From positions 62,001 to 126,000 of the forward strand of contig JAQGDQ010000496.1 in NCBI GenBank assembly GCA_030141605.1: a DNA stretch of 64,000 nucleotides, in the 5' to 3' direction. Under the pieces are notes generated by a model. It ran no database searches. It saw only the letters and a program-made list of their open reading frames with translations, and was not told the DNA's origin. This document shows positions 13,271 through 26,152 of the stretch, piece by piece. The translations under genes were made by a program, and so were the position numbers. The stretch comes from Tubiluchus corallicola. Its lineage: Eukaryota; Animalia; Priapulida. Numbering within the stretch: position 1 is the first letter of the stretch; each line of letters begins with the position of its first letter.

Positions 13271-15278
13271 ATGAATAATTTTTGTTTTGCGTTTGTAATT
13301 TACTTCCTAACAAGTGTGGAAGGTAAGCTATAATTTGCATTAATTATTTCGATCCATATAAAATCGGTGTGCTGGCAATACAAATGGAGTGCAAAGTTAA
13401 TGCAGCTAGCGAAATCCAATTTTAATTTGTCATTTCATTTAAAAACACGATATGTGATTATGATATACAGTTCAGACTAAGGCAAAAACAAACAGGAAGT
13501 TAAAGATCGGAATTTTGCGCAAAATATGGACTGAAGTTTGGCCAACTGCGCCTGGAAATGTGTTTATAGTCGCTTATCAGTGGAAAGCAAATTTGTAGGC
13601 CTACGACAGTTACTACAAGTAACTGTTTAGTGTCTATCTATTGAACTAACCAGTTTTTCCCCGCTGTGATCCAATCACAATTTCTTATTCATTTATTATG
13701 AAGCGATGTATTAAATTTTGAACTATCGTCGCGAATCAAACACTTGTCTATTAACGTACATTATATATTACGAAAACAATAATCTGGAGTAACCATTTTG
13801 TCTGTCCAAAAGAATGTTTTGCAGTCTTGTATTGCCTGCAGTATGGAAACTTGCATGCACTATGCACACTGATATGACTCTCAGTCTTTTTGAAGCATTT
13901 CTTTAAAATAAAACGCAAAGATTTTTAAGCCAAGCACTTAACTCAAGAACAGAATTAATTACCAAACTGATTCTGATTGCGACAAAACTTAACGGCCGGC
14001 ACAGCGAGAGATACTATTACTGTTAGAAATTTTTTCTTTGACAGATAAAATAAGAACCTTCCTGTTTGCTCTATTTAACGTTGAATTTCATTGTTTCATG
14101 GTAATAAAGTGCTGTCCATGTTAAAGGAGTGGACAGTTGCACAGGGAAAACTACGTCAGTCACATGTTAGGCCTACTTCGAATCTGTGGGCAATTAATCA
14201 TCACTAAGGACCTTGTATTAATCTATTAGGACTGCTTTGAGAGCTTTGGATATGTAGTGATTACACAGAGGAAATACGTCTTTATTAGAATTTTGACTTA
14301 AAAATGACAGAATCTAGTAATAACACGATTTTTGACATCCTCTGTATATTATAGAAGACATTTTCAATAGGCTTAAGTGCCTTTCTGATGACATTTCCTG
14401 TGGCCTCAAAGCGTGTAGCCTGAAACCATAAGGTTCTCGGTTCCAATCATGGTTAATTCTTTCTAACATACTTGCTTGACTGTTGATTCACATGTTATTA
14501 GTAAATTTCTAGGGTATTTTGACCCAGAAACACTTTAAAAGCCATTAGTTTAAGGATGTTTTGATGCTTGGCTTCGAAATAAAACGCACTTTTTGCATTC
14601 TTAGCTGAAGTAAAGCGACCATCTTGAATATTTTTGACAACCACTGAAGTTCAGAAGTACTTCAGTTGCTCTCGTTGATCCAGAAAATATAGCTGTAGCT
14701 GCTAGTTTCAATACGTTCTAATATCTCATATTGTTGTATACCCTATAACTAATAAGTTTTTTTTCTGCAGATGTAAGAGTAACCTCGGCAGAGTGGTCGT
14801 GGATCTCTGTGCCTCCAAGGAATGTGACAGCTCTTGTTGGACATTCAGCTGTGTTAACATGTCATGTGAATCCTGACCCTGCTGTTAGCGTGTTTGTGGT
14901 AAGGAATTTATTTAACCAGACCACCAAGAAGGCAGTTTGCGAAAAAGGATCACCTATAAAAAAACCCGATTAGTGAAATTTATATATTTAAAAAAACAAA
15001 ATTCACTTGAAGTAATTGTTAAAATACTATTAATTGATATTACGAGAAATAATTAGTGTAAGACTAGGTGTATTGAGGTAAGCTTAAATTAGATTAGGTC
15101 AAAAGATTGAGTCGATATGAAGTGTGGCGATGGGCCAAAGTAAGGCAACTCTAGATGAAATCACGTGACATGAAACGAATCTGTGCAAGAAAAAACAAGA
15201 TGAGGTGTAATATAAAATGAGCTGAGATGAGACGAAAGGAGATAAAGTAAGATCAGATGAGTTGAAGTAAGATGAAGC

Positions 15279-15315
<37 letters not shown>

Positions 15316-15872
15316 CAGTACAGAATCAGTTCTAGTATAGGCCTACTCCTATATAGTTTCCTAGCGATCGTTGCTAACTGATGGAGTCTCAGGCTTTCTT
15401 CGAAAATGATATTTTGCCACTGTCTTGAATGCTAAATAGAGGATCGAAATCCGAGGAACTCGATGTACAGTACAGTAGTACATTCATGTGAAGTTTCTTG
15501 AGAATCCATTGCGAATTTACGGAGCCTTAGGTTTTGATCAAATGGTCGTCACCCAGCAATAGCAATAGCAGCAACAACAGCAACAGCAACAGCACCGGCA
15601 TCAGCAGCAGCAGTAGTAACATCCACAATAGCAGTGCTAGCAGCAGCAACAAAAACAGCAACAACAACAACAGCTACAGCATCCGCAATGACAGCAACAG
15701 CAACAGCAGCAGCACCGACAGCAACAACAGCAGTGGTAACAGCTACAACATCAGCAACAGCAGCAGCAGCAACAACAGCAGCTGTAGTGGCAGCAGCAGA
15801 AGCAACAACAACAACAGCTGCAGCACCACCGCTTTTGCCTTCTCCATCACCACCACATACCACCACCAACTG

Positions 15873-15912
<40 letters not shown>

Positions 15913-18900
15913 AAATAAGTTATCGTGAAAACGACTGAACATCAGACATTTTTAAATTGACATTTCACTAAAAGTTGGTAGCATGCATGCTTCTGTTTTT
16001 TTTTTGTCCAGGCGTCATGGTCAAAAGACGGAAGAGCAATCAGCGTAGGAAGCGCAGTATATCCCAGATACACCTGGACAAATGAAACTCCTACACAAAC
16101 TCACATCTACGACGTTTCAATATCAAACGTTGATGAAAAGGATAACGGCCAGTGGGTTTGCAGTGTGGATTTTGGGGGACTTATTCCAGATGCTACAGCA
16201 GAAGCAACATTTTCAGTTGCTGGTAATGTTGTTTTCAGGCACGGGTTGCGGCACAATCAAGTATTTCTAAGCAAGCCAGTAGTCTCTACACACTAAATTG
16301 GTTTACCCGCTCAGCCGGTTCCTCCAAGGTTACTAAAAAGTTGACCGGCTGCCTCCAAATCATTACATCAGTTAATCTGGAAAAGAAATGGTTTTGTAAT
16401 CGGCTTGAGCCGTAAAACCGCAAACGGTGTCTTTTAGCAGTAGATGGCAGTGACTTTTTATCAATGGTGTCACAGTTTCAGTGTAGAAAACGGCGTACAC
16501 TTGGAAAGTTAGCCTCAAGTCGACATTTTTTAATCTGTGCACCTACAAAACATCCCCTGATAAATCACAGTGTGCTACAAAGTCATTCATTTTGCGGTCT
16601 ATTTGTATGACAAAGGATGTACTATACATTTCTTGATCTAATAGCTCTGTAAACAATAAAAACGTTTTGTTCAGGCGGTTTATCCAAGCTGGTTTCAACG
16701 GTCTTTTATAAGCTGACTTCTATTCAACACTAACAGTTAAACGTATAATTTTATGAAACTTGGGTGACATATTTAGTTTACTGCGTATTTGCGATGTACG
16801 CCTTAACAAACACTAAAAATGAAACCTATCACTGAGTTTAGCAGGAAACAATCATAAAAGGTTACGTAAGCACATTTTATTTGGTTTCATGTAATCTATG
16901 CTGATTGGTTCACACAATTAATAATTATATGTTGTTGGCAAACAATACATAAGAAAAGAACAAATCGGCGAATGGTTAGTTAAGGTAACGAACATTTAAA
17001 ACAGCTACGAGTAGCTATAAGTTAAAATATTTTTCTGCTAATAGGCAATTTTTTGCAGTGCCTCCTACAAGCATTTACTGGACGACAACCGAAGCAGATG
17101 CAGAAATCAACAATGCGGATGTGACAGAGTATGAGACATTAGACGTCATTTGTGTCGCAATGGACATTAACCCTGTCCCAATCTTCTCAGTGCATGTACT
17201 AGACCCAAACACAAATGTATGTATCTTGTTTGACGTGGAGTGCAAACTTTTATTGTTGTGCCACATTACTTCGAATTTGTTGACATTGTAGCTTCAATAA
17301 AAACGAATAAGTGAACAAAAAGAATCCAGCATGTCAACGTCTGGGGATATTTTAAATTGAACATTATGACGGGCAATATAGCGACCAGTATTCATCGACT
17401 TTATAAGCCAGTTAAATCTGGCACAACACAACAGTTGTGCTAACAGAGAAGCAGTGAGATAGCGAGAGAGAGAGAGAGAGATAGCGAGAACACTCTTACT
17501 GACTTATTGAGTTTATCCTTCTCTGATTCTTTTATCCATGCCTCTGCTCTGTTTTAGCATTTTAGCGTTTTGTCCTGCAGTCCTAATAAAATGTTCGCTG
17601 CAAAGTCTTGTTACTCACGTAGGCTAATGCACCTAAGTAAGGCTCGTATAGAATACGCACTTAAACAATTTTTTTCTTCAATTAGGAGACGGTTTTTCTG
17701 AGTGAACACGGAGAAAATTTTACTAGTGAAATCATCCCCAACAAGGAACCATTGCTAAAAGTGGAAAATAATGTTGAAGTGAGGGTCTTGAACAGAACGC
17801 ACAACCAGATGCATTTAGTCTGCCAGATTTCAACAGACATGGACTATCCCAATAGCACGATGACCAATCAGACGTACCTGGTTTTAAATGTAGAATGTAA
17901 GTGAACATTTCAAGAGTACACATAGGCGTACAACCACCTTTGTGAAATACCTACGAGAAAATACACCTTACTCATTTTCAAGTTATTTGCAAAATATTCA
18001 CCTTCACAGTCTGTCACTGCAGTGAAAAACATAAGTTTTGATGAAATTTGCGAGCGCAATTAAGATAAAGTTTGTTCGATATAATTTCTTTGGGCCTGCT
18101 AACCTTGATGGCGATGCTTCAATCTTTTTCAAAATCAAAAAAATTGTGAAAAATGTATTAAGATTCTAGAGATTTACAGCATTGTAGTTTCGACTTTATT
18201 AATAACTCGTACAGGGTGTTCTGAAGAAATAGTAAACAAGAAATAAACTATTGTGCTGAGATATGCTGAGCAAAGTACAACGAAGTGCAGTCATACAGTA
18301 ATAGACTGTATAGCTGCTGGAAGTGTACAACTTACTTAAAGAGAAAAGAATTAAGCGATGACACGTAAAAAACGCTCAAGTTCATAAGCTTGAACAACAC
18401 TTCCGCATTACGACATCATAATGATGTCAAATACAGTTACACAACCTCATTTTTTCATTGAAAACATTTTGGCCACGGTAAGAAATTGCTGAAAATTTTA
18501 TTCGTTTGTTTGTTAGATCCACCTCTGATCAACATCACCTTGCCTTCTGAAGTAACAGTGGAAGAGGGATCTGAGCTGAAGTTAAAATGTGAAGCGGAAG
18601 GCAATCCTCTACCTGAATACACGTGGCTTCATGATGGTTTATCTTCACAGGTTTTTATACATAATGTATTTGAGGAGTTGCATTTGGCAAAATAATCCCT
18701 AGTAAAAGCGCCAGCTACTGAAATAAAGCTGTTCTAAAGGGCAACGAAACGAAATTTTAAAGTATATCCCAAAAAACATTCCACTCCAAGTTATATTGCT
18801 TAATATTATGCTTACCTGTTTGAAGTGCTTATGTAATTGGAAAATTAAATTCTTAAAATGTTTGCGCCAACAGGTAAACGTCACTACTGGCTCACCAAAA

Positions 18901-21900
18901 AACACATTACTAATCTTATTGACAATAAAATGTAATTTGTACTTTTGCTAAGTTAGCAGTTAGTGTGCCACAAATGCACTTATTATTTTTTCAAACTTTA
19001 CGCAAGGTTATCTTAACTCATTTCAAACGACTTACCGTTAAAATGACTGCGACTAAGTGGGAGTTTAAATTTATGTTTTAAACAGCGCCATTGGTAACGC
19101 AAGCTCTGCGTGCAATAAGACAGCATGTGAATGAAACAAAATTTGAAGACGATTTTTAAGCGTTAGTTATGAAAAGTGTTTCCTTTTCGTTTAAACTAGT
19201 ATGACCAGGTTGACCAGGCATACATGTTGAAGATTTACGTACCAACCTTTTTATGGTTGCATTTAATAGAAGCCACAAATGACAATAATATCAGCATGGT
19301 TGAAATGCGTCGTCACTTACATAATATGCACGTTGTTTTTTTTCAAAAATGTAGTTCTCAGTGTTTGTTGTTTTCATTCGCTGTTGTTATTTTGTTGGCC
19401 TAAAACAAGATTCTAAGCTAAGATGTCTAGGCATCATTAACCAATTATGCTAATTTCTAATCAGAGTGAATTATTAAAATATGCTTCTACGTTGCATAGA
19501 CGTCGTATTTCTATAGGTTCAACATACCACAATCTAGTATACCTGTTTTACCAGAGAAAAATTGTTAATTTGTGTAAAAGCCTAGTCTGAAAAGTAGGTC
19601 TACAACGGTATTAAGTTTAAATACTAAGTGGTATATTTCACAGGCAAAGGCCGTGTTGATTATCGATTCAGTGAGCAAATCTGATGGAGGGGAGTATGCA
19701 TGCGTAGTTATGAATAAATTAGGAAGCCATCGCTCTGGTAGTATTCAAGTTATTATTGTTGGTGAGTACTTCACTTATTAGTGTTCACGTATCCAGCACC
19801 AAAGCAAAGCTCAGATGATATTTACCTTAAACGTCCCGGGAAATTACTGGCTTCTGATAGCTGGGGAGCATAGCAAATATCTTGAGACCACTCAAAAATC
19901 ATCCAACATGGCTGCTATTTTCAAGATGGCCGATAAGATGGCTACTGCGAGTTTTTAAAAGCCGTATGTTAGCTCTTAGGGCAGGTAAGACAAAGATTTT
20001 AGTGTCTAAATATAGGTTTTCAAGGTTAGGGAATCTATATCCGATGCTTAAAAATAGCTAGACATCACCTCAATTAAGATTTTAATATGGCTGCCAAGAT
20101 AGCTGGAGCTGCTTGTAATAATATATTAGCTATACAGCATGTTCTAAGGCAAATAGGATGATGATGATATTTATATGTATATAGACTTTAAAGGTCAAAG
20201 ATTTACAGTAGTATCCATTATGGCCGCCACTATCAATATTGCAGGAAAAATGTCTGCTACTAGCTTAAGAAGGCCATACCTTAGGTGATAAGTAGGCCTA
20301 ATTGTAAATAATATGGGCCATGAAAAAGCAGCAATTCTGTCAGCACTCCTTGCCAATACTGGTTTTAAAACACACTTCAGCTTTCAGAGACATAGAGAGG
20401 AAAAATGATAACTTAGTTTACATCTGCCTCAGTGTTGGAGCACACCAGACGTGTGGCATATCAGGCAGGATACTGTTGGACCAGACACTGATTACTGCCC
20501 CATCCAGTCCACTGCCAAGTCCAGTGATGTGACATGGGAACCACACTGGCTATTAAGACCTGAAGTATGTCATCAACTTATTAAATGTTGCTGCCAGCCA
20601 GCCAAAGGGCATCAGATGTAAATGTGTCTAAGCAAGTCTTACTTAGACAGCTCTGCCCAAATGTGGTGGTGAATGTGCCAGATTATTTTAGAGGTATTAA
20701 TTTCTTATCACCATTACTTATATACCAGGATCTATCAATTCTGATTTGAACTGCTTGTTTTTTTGTTGCCCACTTCTTTACAGTGAATGTGTAGTGTGCA
20801 TACATGACATTATCGATATTGTTACAGTTCAGTATGAATAGTAATGACACTACCCTAAACCTTATCTAATGTAAACCTGATACTAAAATTATATCAACTA
20901 CCTCCAGCAGAACATGCAATATTGCTAATATATTATACAATTGGCTGTAGCCATCTTGACAGCCATTTTGAAATTCTAACTAAGGTATTGTCATAATTGG
21001 TTTTTTAAGCATCATATACTTTTTTCATCTTTCAGCTGGTACCAGCACTTGGACTATATATGTTGGGGACCCAGCGGCCATTTTGCTTTTGGCATATTGG
21101 GCTGATTTGGTAGTTTTGCATTCTTTTGGGGGTCTAGCAGTTTTTAGATTCAACAAGGTCAAATTAATTAAAATATTTTTTTTGTTTTCATACTTATAAT
21201 AAGTTTTTAAGTGAAACAGCTAACATAATAGCATTATTGCCATAATTTCGTATTGTGTAGCAGTCATTTTAAAAATTGCAGCTATTTTAAAAATAAGTGT
21301 AACTGAAATGGACTGCTCAGGTCCAACTACCCTGGAATAAATGTCATAACCGCTTCTTCATATTGACTTTCATGGAATTTCTTTTGATCTATATTGTTTG
21401 TGCACAAACTTCAAAACTTCGTAGCCATTTTATTTTAAGCATTTTCCACCCTTTCTGCTAAGTCCATTTCGGATTCAGCATAGTCAAATTGACCAGACTG
21501 GCTATGTTACCCACTCAAAAAACCCTTACAACAGGGCCTACACGTTATACACTTTTGCCACATGTACCTGCAGTAACCATTTTAGTGCTGCATACTAGAC
21601 CTATTTCCGAAACTTTATCAGGGCTGTTTCTGCACAGGACTCCTTACAACCAGTTAATGAAGCAATTTTCTTTTTACCAAAAGGGTGACTCAAATGTCTC
21701 ATTGAAACAACTTATTGTGTTTTACGTTAAAAAACAATTACCGGCAAAAAAATTATATTTTGTCAATAATTTTTCAGAAAGTCAATCTATAGCTGGTCTG
21801 GTGATTGGTTTGGTAGTATTGATCATTGGCATGCTAGTGATAGCCGTCGTTGCCTTGCTCTTTGCTAAGAAAAGGGCATGCTTTGCCAAATCCGGCAAAG

Positions 21901-22016
21901 GCACCATGACCACCACATACGGAGGGGGTTCAACAGAAACGGAAAGAACCACGAAAGGTATTCTGAAAAGTTCAGAACAAGCGCAACCTCCTAAGAAGTC
22001 AGATCACCGACTTTGA
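13271..22016 (+). CDS. Type-I membrane immunoglobulin-superfamily adhesion protein, 3 Ig domains (Fasciclin III/nectin/CADM-like), ~416 aa
   Basis: Exons 13271-13322 (signal MNNFCFAFVIYFLTSVE), 14771-14898 (NVTALVGHSAVLTC), 16012-16222 (ASWSKDG...ISNVDEKDNGQWVC), 17059-17216 (LDVICVAMDINPVP), 17686-17896 (HNQMHLVCQ...LNVE), 18517-18650 (YPP...LKCEAEGNPLPEYTW), 19644-19761 (SKSDGGEYACVVMNKLG), 21778-22016 (TM IAGLVIGLVVLIIGMLVIAVVALLFA + KKR). GT-AG throughout, phases consistent, total 1251 nt. Confidence 0.88.
15277..15910. repeat. Compound trinucleotide microsatellites (GCT)n and (CAG/CAA)n in intron 2 of the Ig gene
   Basis: (GCT)n at 15277-15312; CAG/CAA mosaic at ~15555-15910. These explain the three low-complexity ORFs in the track. 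Confidence 0.9.
19830..21340 (+). mobile_element. Degenerate Academ-like DNA transposon derivative with Cys-rich transposase C-terminal relic
   Basis: 20419-20680 translates with frameshifts/stops as SASVLEHTRRVAYQAGYCW..Q..P.LPSP..WEPHW..CHQLIKCCC..RCKCV.ASL..TAL..CGGEC. Inverted subterminal arms (~20040-20200 vs ~20850-21015) carry AA(G/A)ATGGC(C/T)G repeats. Confidence 0.6.
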
Positions 22017-22096
22017 ATGTTATTAATAATTATTTTAGACGAAAGCTCGCTTGATATCACTTGACAAATTCTCTTATTTTTCTTCCTTTTGCACAG

Positions 22097-22140
22097 GAGG
22101 CCAAATTTATCAAAAAAGATTATCAATTGGCCAAGCGTGA
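22097..22140 (+). CDS. Candidate alternative last coding exon of the Ig gene (GGQIYQKRLSIGQA*)
   Basis: Donor AAAG|GTATTC at 21957/21958 and a strong pyrimidine-rich acceptor TTTCTTCCTTTTGCACAG ending 22096. Phase 1 joins in frame. Confidence 0.55.
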
Positions 22141-22784
22141 AATGCACAGAATGGATGTATTCATTTTTGACATTTGTGGTACATGTAGGCATACATTAAT
22201 ATTTGAACGACAAAGGTTATGTACCTTTTTACTGACAACATGTTCTGCAATCTAAGCCTGCATATCTTAAAGTCACTTTGTATTAGTTGTAGCTTATTAA
22301 GCAGTAGCATTTGTAGTAACGCAAGTTATGTAAACTTATAAAAAAATGTATGTGCAGAGACGGTACCTTATTTTTAATTATTTTTGTAGAGGTGTAATTG
22401 TTAGCCACTGATTATCACTGCATAATGACTGGTCATATGAGTGTCATTACTGACAGTATGATGTAAGTTGAAAATGACTGAGCATAACAGTTATAATAAA
22501 TTATGTAATTTTATAGATTGCAGTGTTCCTTATATAAAGGTGTTCCACAATATTTTTACTACTTATAATTAAAACAAATTTCAATCTTGAAAAAGTAAAA
22601 CAATGGCCGGCTGCTCTGAAGTAAAGTCCGTAAACGGCTGTTGGCCGGCTCAAGAGTGGCAAGGCCGAGAGCCAAATCCAGCCAACTTTGAAGGCCAAAT
22701 GTATCATAGAGATGTATAAGCCACAAGCCAACATTAAATCTAATTTAGGCATTTAAAAATTATATTACGCGTAATGATAACGTC

Positions 22785-22950
22785 GATGAAGTTAATAATG
22801 ATAATGATGTGATGGTGATAATCATGATGATGAAGGTGATAGCTAAGATTGATGCAGACGTAGATAATTATGATGATGATGATGTAATGATAATGATGAT
22901 GGTAATGATAATGATAATGGTAATGATGAAGATAATAATGATGACAATGA
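22785..22950. repeat. (GAT/AAT)n degenerate microsatellite between convergent 3' ends
   Basis: Runs of GATGATAATGAT. Confidence 0.85.
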
Positions 22951-25582
22951 TTACAAATTAGTCAGTTCACTGAAATATCAGTGGTTGTAATCATAACATG
23001 CAGATAAAATATTATTTATTACCAAACATAAATAATTTTATTATTACCTATTAGTTAAAATGTCACTCAGTAAACAATGGGACCACAAATCAAAAATACA
23101 CAGAGCAACTAGATTACGAAATGTCTATGCTACAGTAAGTGTTGGACTGCAAACTTAAAAATACCTGTACAAAAATAGTTGGCAGATTCTTTGTATTAAT
23201 TAAGACTAGTTACCTAACATATAAACTGTAAAAAAGTATTGTTACAGATTTACAAATTGCACACAAATTTGGCTTAATATCGTGTTTTTGAAGCACAGTG
23301 AAACTATAACTGTCACAGCCTAAAATATGCAAACATGCCATAATGGAATGAAGAAACAAGTGTACAGTAAAATGCCTAAACTACTTCAGAAGCAGAGTTA
23401 GGCTACATGTAACATGACCAATATTCCTGAGTATTTTTGGGTCCACAGACATATGTTTAACAACAGAATTAATGAAAACTTTTTCCAAATTATACCAGTA
23501 TTAATACGATATTATCAATGCAGACTGATTGAAAGCAAACCGGAATATAATGCACACAAAATAACTTAAATGCACGTAAATAATATTCGAATAAATAAGC
23601 AATAAATAAAAATATCTTTGGTATATTCAGTATTCAAAGATGTCCATCATATAAACTGTTAAAAAGGTAAACTTGAAACAGTTGCCTGCTCAACTACTAA
23701 GCACCAACTCAGCATTATGAAAACATGAAGAGTTTAATAAACACGCAGCCATGGCAACACACACACAGGTCATTGACGTAACATTAGTAACAACTTGTAT
23801 TAGATAGTTTAAAATTAGCTAACCACGGAGGCCATGTGTTTAACCAGTAAACAGATGTAAGGCGAGATTGAAACTTCGTAGAAACGAACACCGTGCAATA
23901 AGCCAGATTAGAAAAACAACGATGGCTTACAATAGTGAACATTAACTAGTTTCTTCGTTTTTGATAAGTTTTATAAAAAACTTGAACAAAATATGGGTAA
24001 CAACATCCTTAAAAGCTAAAATAAATCTTTTGGCTCTTTTCAGATAGCAAACGTTATGAAAACAAAAATGCCATTACGAAAGGAAATGTAGCAGTTAAGC
24101 AAAGTAAATATTGTCCTTTAAACACTCATAAAATTCTGTTAGCTCGTACTGTTGACCAGAATGCCTTTCCAGATTAGCATATTGGATTTCCCTCATTTTA
24201 CACCACTGCATCTGTGATTTTTAACTCAGAAACTACAAGAACATTTTCCTTCAGTTGTATAAGCTATCTGTGTTCTCTACGTGGGTTTAAAATTCAGGTT
24301 TAAAAACAACTACCAGCAAACTGAACTTCCACAAGCAAGCTTGGAGTTCATACAAATGCGGAAGGGCAATATATGATAGGTTTGACTATTTGTCTGCAAA
24401 GTTAAGCAGCACCAACCTGGACTAGCATATGTATGGATGAAGGCTAAGAAACCTGCTTTTGGGCAGTTTTGTCTGCATCAATGACGAATATGTATAGAGT
24501 ATATATGTATCATAAGTTCCTAATGAAGAAATTGTTATTAATCCCACTGCACCAATAACACTAGCTGAAGGTTCTCATACTGAAAGCTACAATATGCCAT
24601 CCAGATTGCCAAACTGCAAAAGAGTTCATCTCTGCAAAGGATCTCAGCACGTCCTAAGAAAACTGTGAAACAACAGGAAGTGAGTAGACATTTAAAACAT
24701 TGCAATATACTTCAGGTCTCAAAATATGAATAGCTGTACTTGTTTCAATATCATCCTTTCCTAGGAACCAGGACTCAACCTTGATTGCTATTTTACGATG
24801 CAGTAACCCACCGCCTCACATTCACTTAATGAGCTGCACATTAATCCAGCAAAATCTGGCCAAATACTTGAAATATGTTGAACAAAAGCTTGCCAGATAT
24901 GAAGCTGATGATATATTAAAATAGTTCCTTATGGAAAAACAGCCCGTACAAAATACACATGTAAAAATTGCTCCATTTTTATAAATGCTATATAACTAAC
25001 AAAGATAACCGTTAAAAATAGCATTTCAACATTATAAGCATGCATATAAAAGCACCATTCTGAAAAATTTTCTTTAAATCCCTTAAGGGCCTCAATGTTA
25101 GCTTACAAACTTTTCCCAGAATCCATTATGCACAAAAACATTTTATCGAGCAGGTACAGCAAATTTTAAGAATCAGAATAAAGTTAAGAAACTGATTCAG
25201 GGATAATGGTAAAGAAGCAGCCCATATCCTAGTTACATTTTGTCAGTAATCCATATAATCAGATCAAAATATATTTGAAACTTTTAGTAAATGAATCTCT
25301 CACATGGAATTTATTTAAACAGAATGAACGCATGTTTATAAATTGGTAACAATTAACTAGTTTAAGCAGCATTCAGCAGCACTGGTGTGGTATTTCTGGA
25401 ACAACACATACGATGATACAATTCATCTGATGATTGCGAAAATCCACGCAGCATCACTTTCCAATATAGGAGAACATGCCCGTGGGTCTACGACAATAAT
25501 TTCTAGGTCATTAGAATACGTTGTAACACATGAAGACAGTTTTTAATACTGGTGAGAACGGATATGATCTTGCATGTAAATC

Positions 25583-26152
25583 TTACGATGTCGTATCTAT
25601 AGTGAGGGCCTGCACAATCCATGGATCTGACTTTGATCCCTCTCGGAATTCCTCTCTTGTCAAACGACCATCTCTGTCCAAATCCATCTGTTCAAATATT
25701 TTGTTCACCCGTTTTTCCGGTGTATCCTCGTCAGCAGGCAGATCTAGCATGCTACCAACCATTGAGTAAATGGCATCAACAATGTCCACCATTTCGGCCT
25801 TAGTGATGTAGCCATCATGATCTAAATCATACAGACTAAACGCCCACTCTAACTTCTCATCTAGTGTCCCTCTAGATGTCACGGATAGTGCCATAATAAA
25901 CTCTTTAAATGAAATTGTTCCATCTTTGTTCAAATCAAACACATTAAAGACAAATGATGCAAACTTTGATGGATCTCCATATGGGAAGAACTGCTGGTAG
26001 ATGCTCTGGAACTCTTCTTTCCGCAAAAGTCCGCTTGGACAGTCTTTAAGAAAGTCTTTGTGCCACTGTTGTAGTTCCTTCTTGTCAAAATATGTACATA
26101 GCTGCAATTCAGAGATTTCTGCTGACGACAACTTGCTACTGCTTTTACCCAT
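25583..26152 (-). CDS. NCS1: Neuronal calcium sensor-1/frequenin family EF-hand protein (189 aa, CDS has no introns)
   Basis: N-myristoylation start MGKSSS; inactive EF1 KDCPSG; canonical EF2 [14 protein letters not shown]3 [14 protein letters not shown]4 [12 protein letters not shown]; family motifs [17 protein letters not shown] and TPEKRV. Confidence 0.95.
   Translation of the reverse strand: MGKSSSKLSSAEISELQLCTYFDKKELQQWHKDFLKDCPSGLLRKEEFQSIYQQFFPYGDPSKFASFVFNVFDLNKDGTISFKEFIMALSVTSRGTLDEKLEWAFSLYDLDHDGYITKAEMVDIVDAIYSMVGSMLDLPADEDTPEKRVNKIFEQMDLDRDGRLTREEFREGSKSDPWIVQALTIDTTS

Noticed and set aside
14400-14455. tRNA-like B-box segments (also ~11650, ~51730, ~52500)
   Set aside because: No complete cloverleaf can be drawn; at most decayed SINE heads.
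15534-15938. Three overlapping Ser/Asn-, Ala/Thr- and Val/Ala-rich ORFs (mucin- or antifreeze-like)
   Set aside because: They are products of a CAG/CAA microsatellite in an intron that splits Ig domain 1, with no convincing splice sites.
21489-21777. N-terminal part of the 175-aa ORF upstream of the transmembrane segment
   Set aside because: Intronic read-in; the real exon begins at the TTTTCAG acceptor ending 21777.
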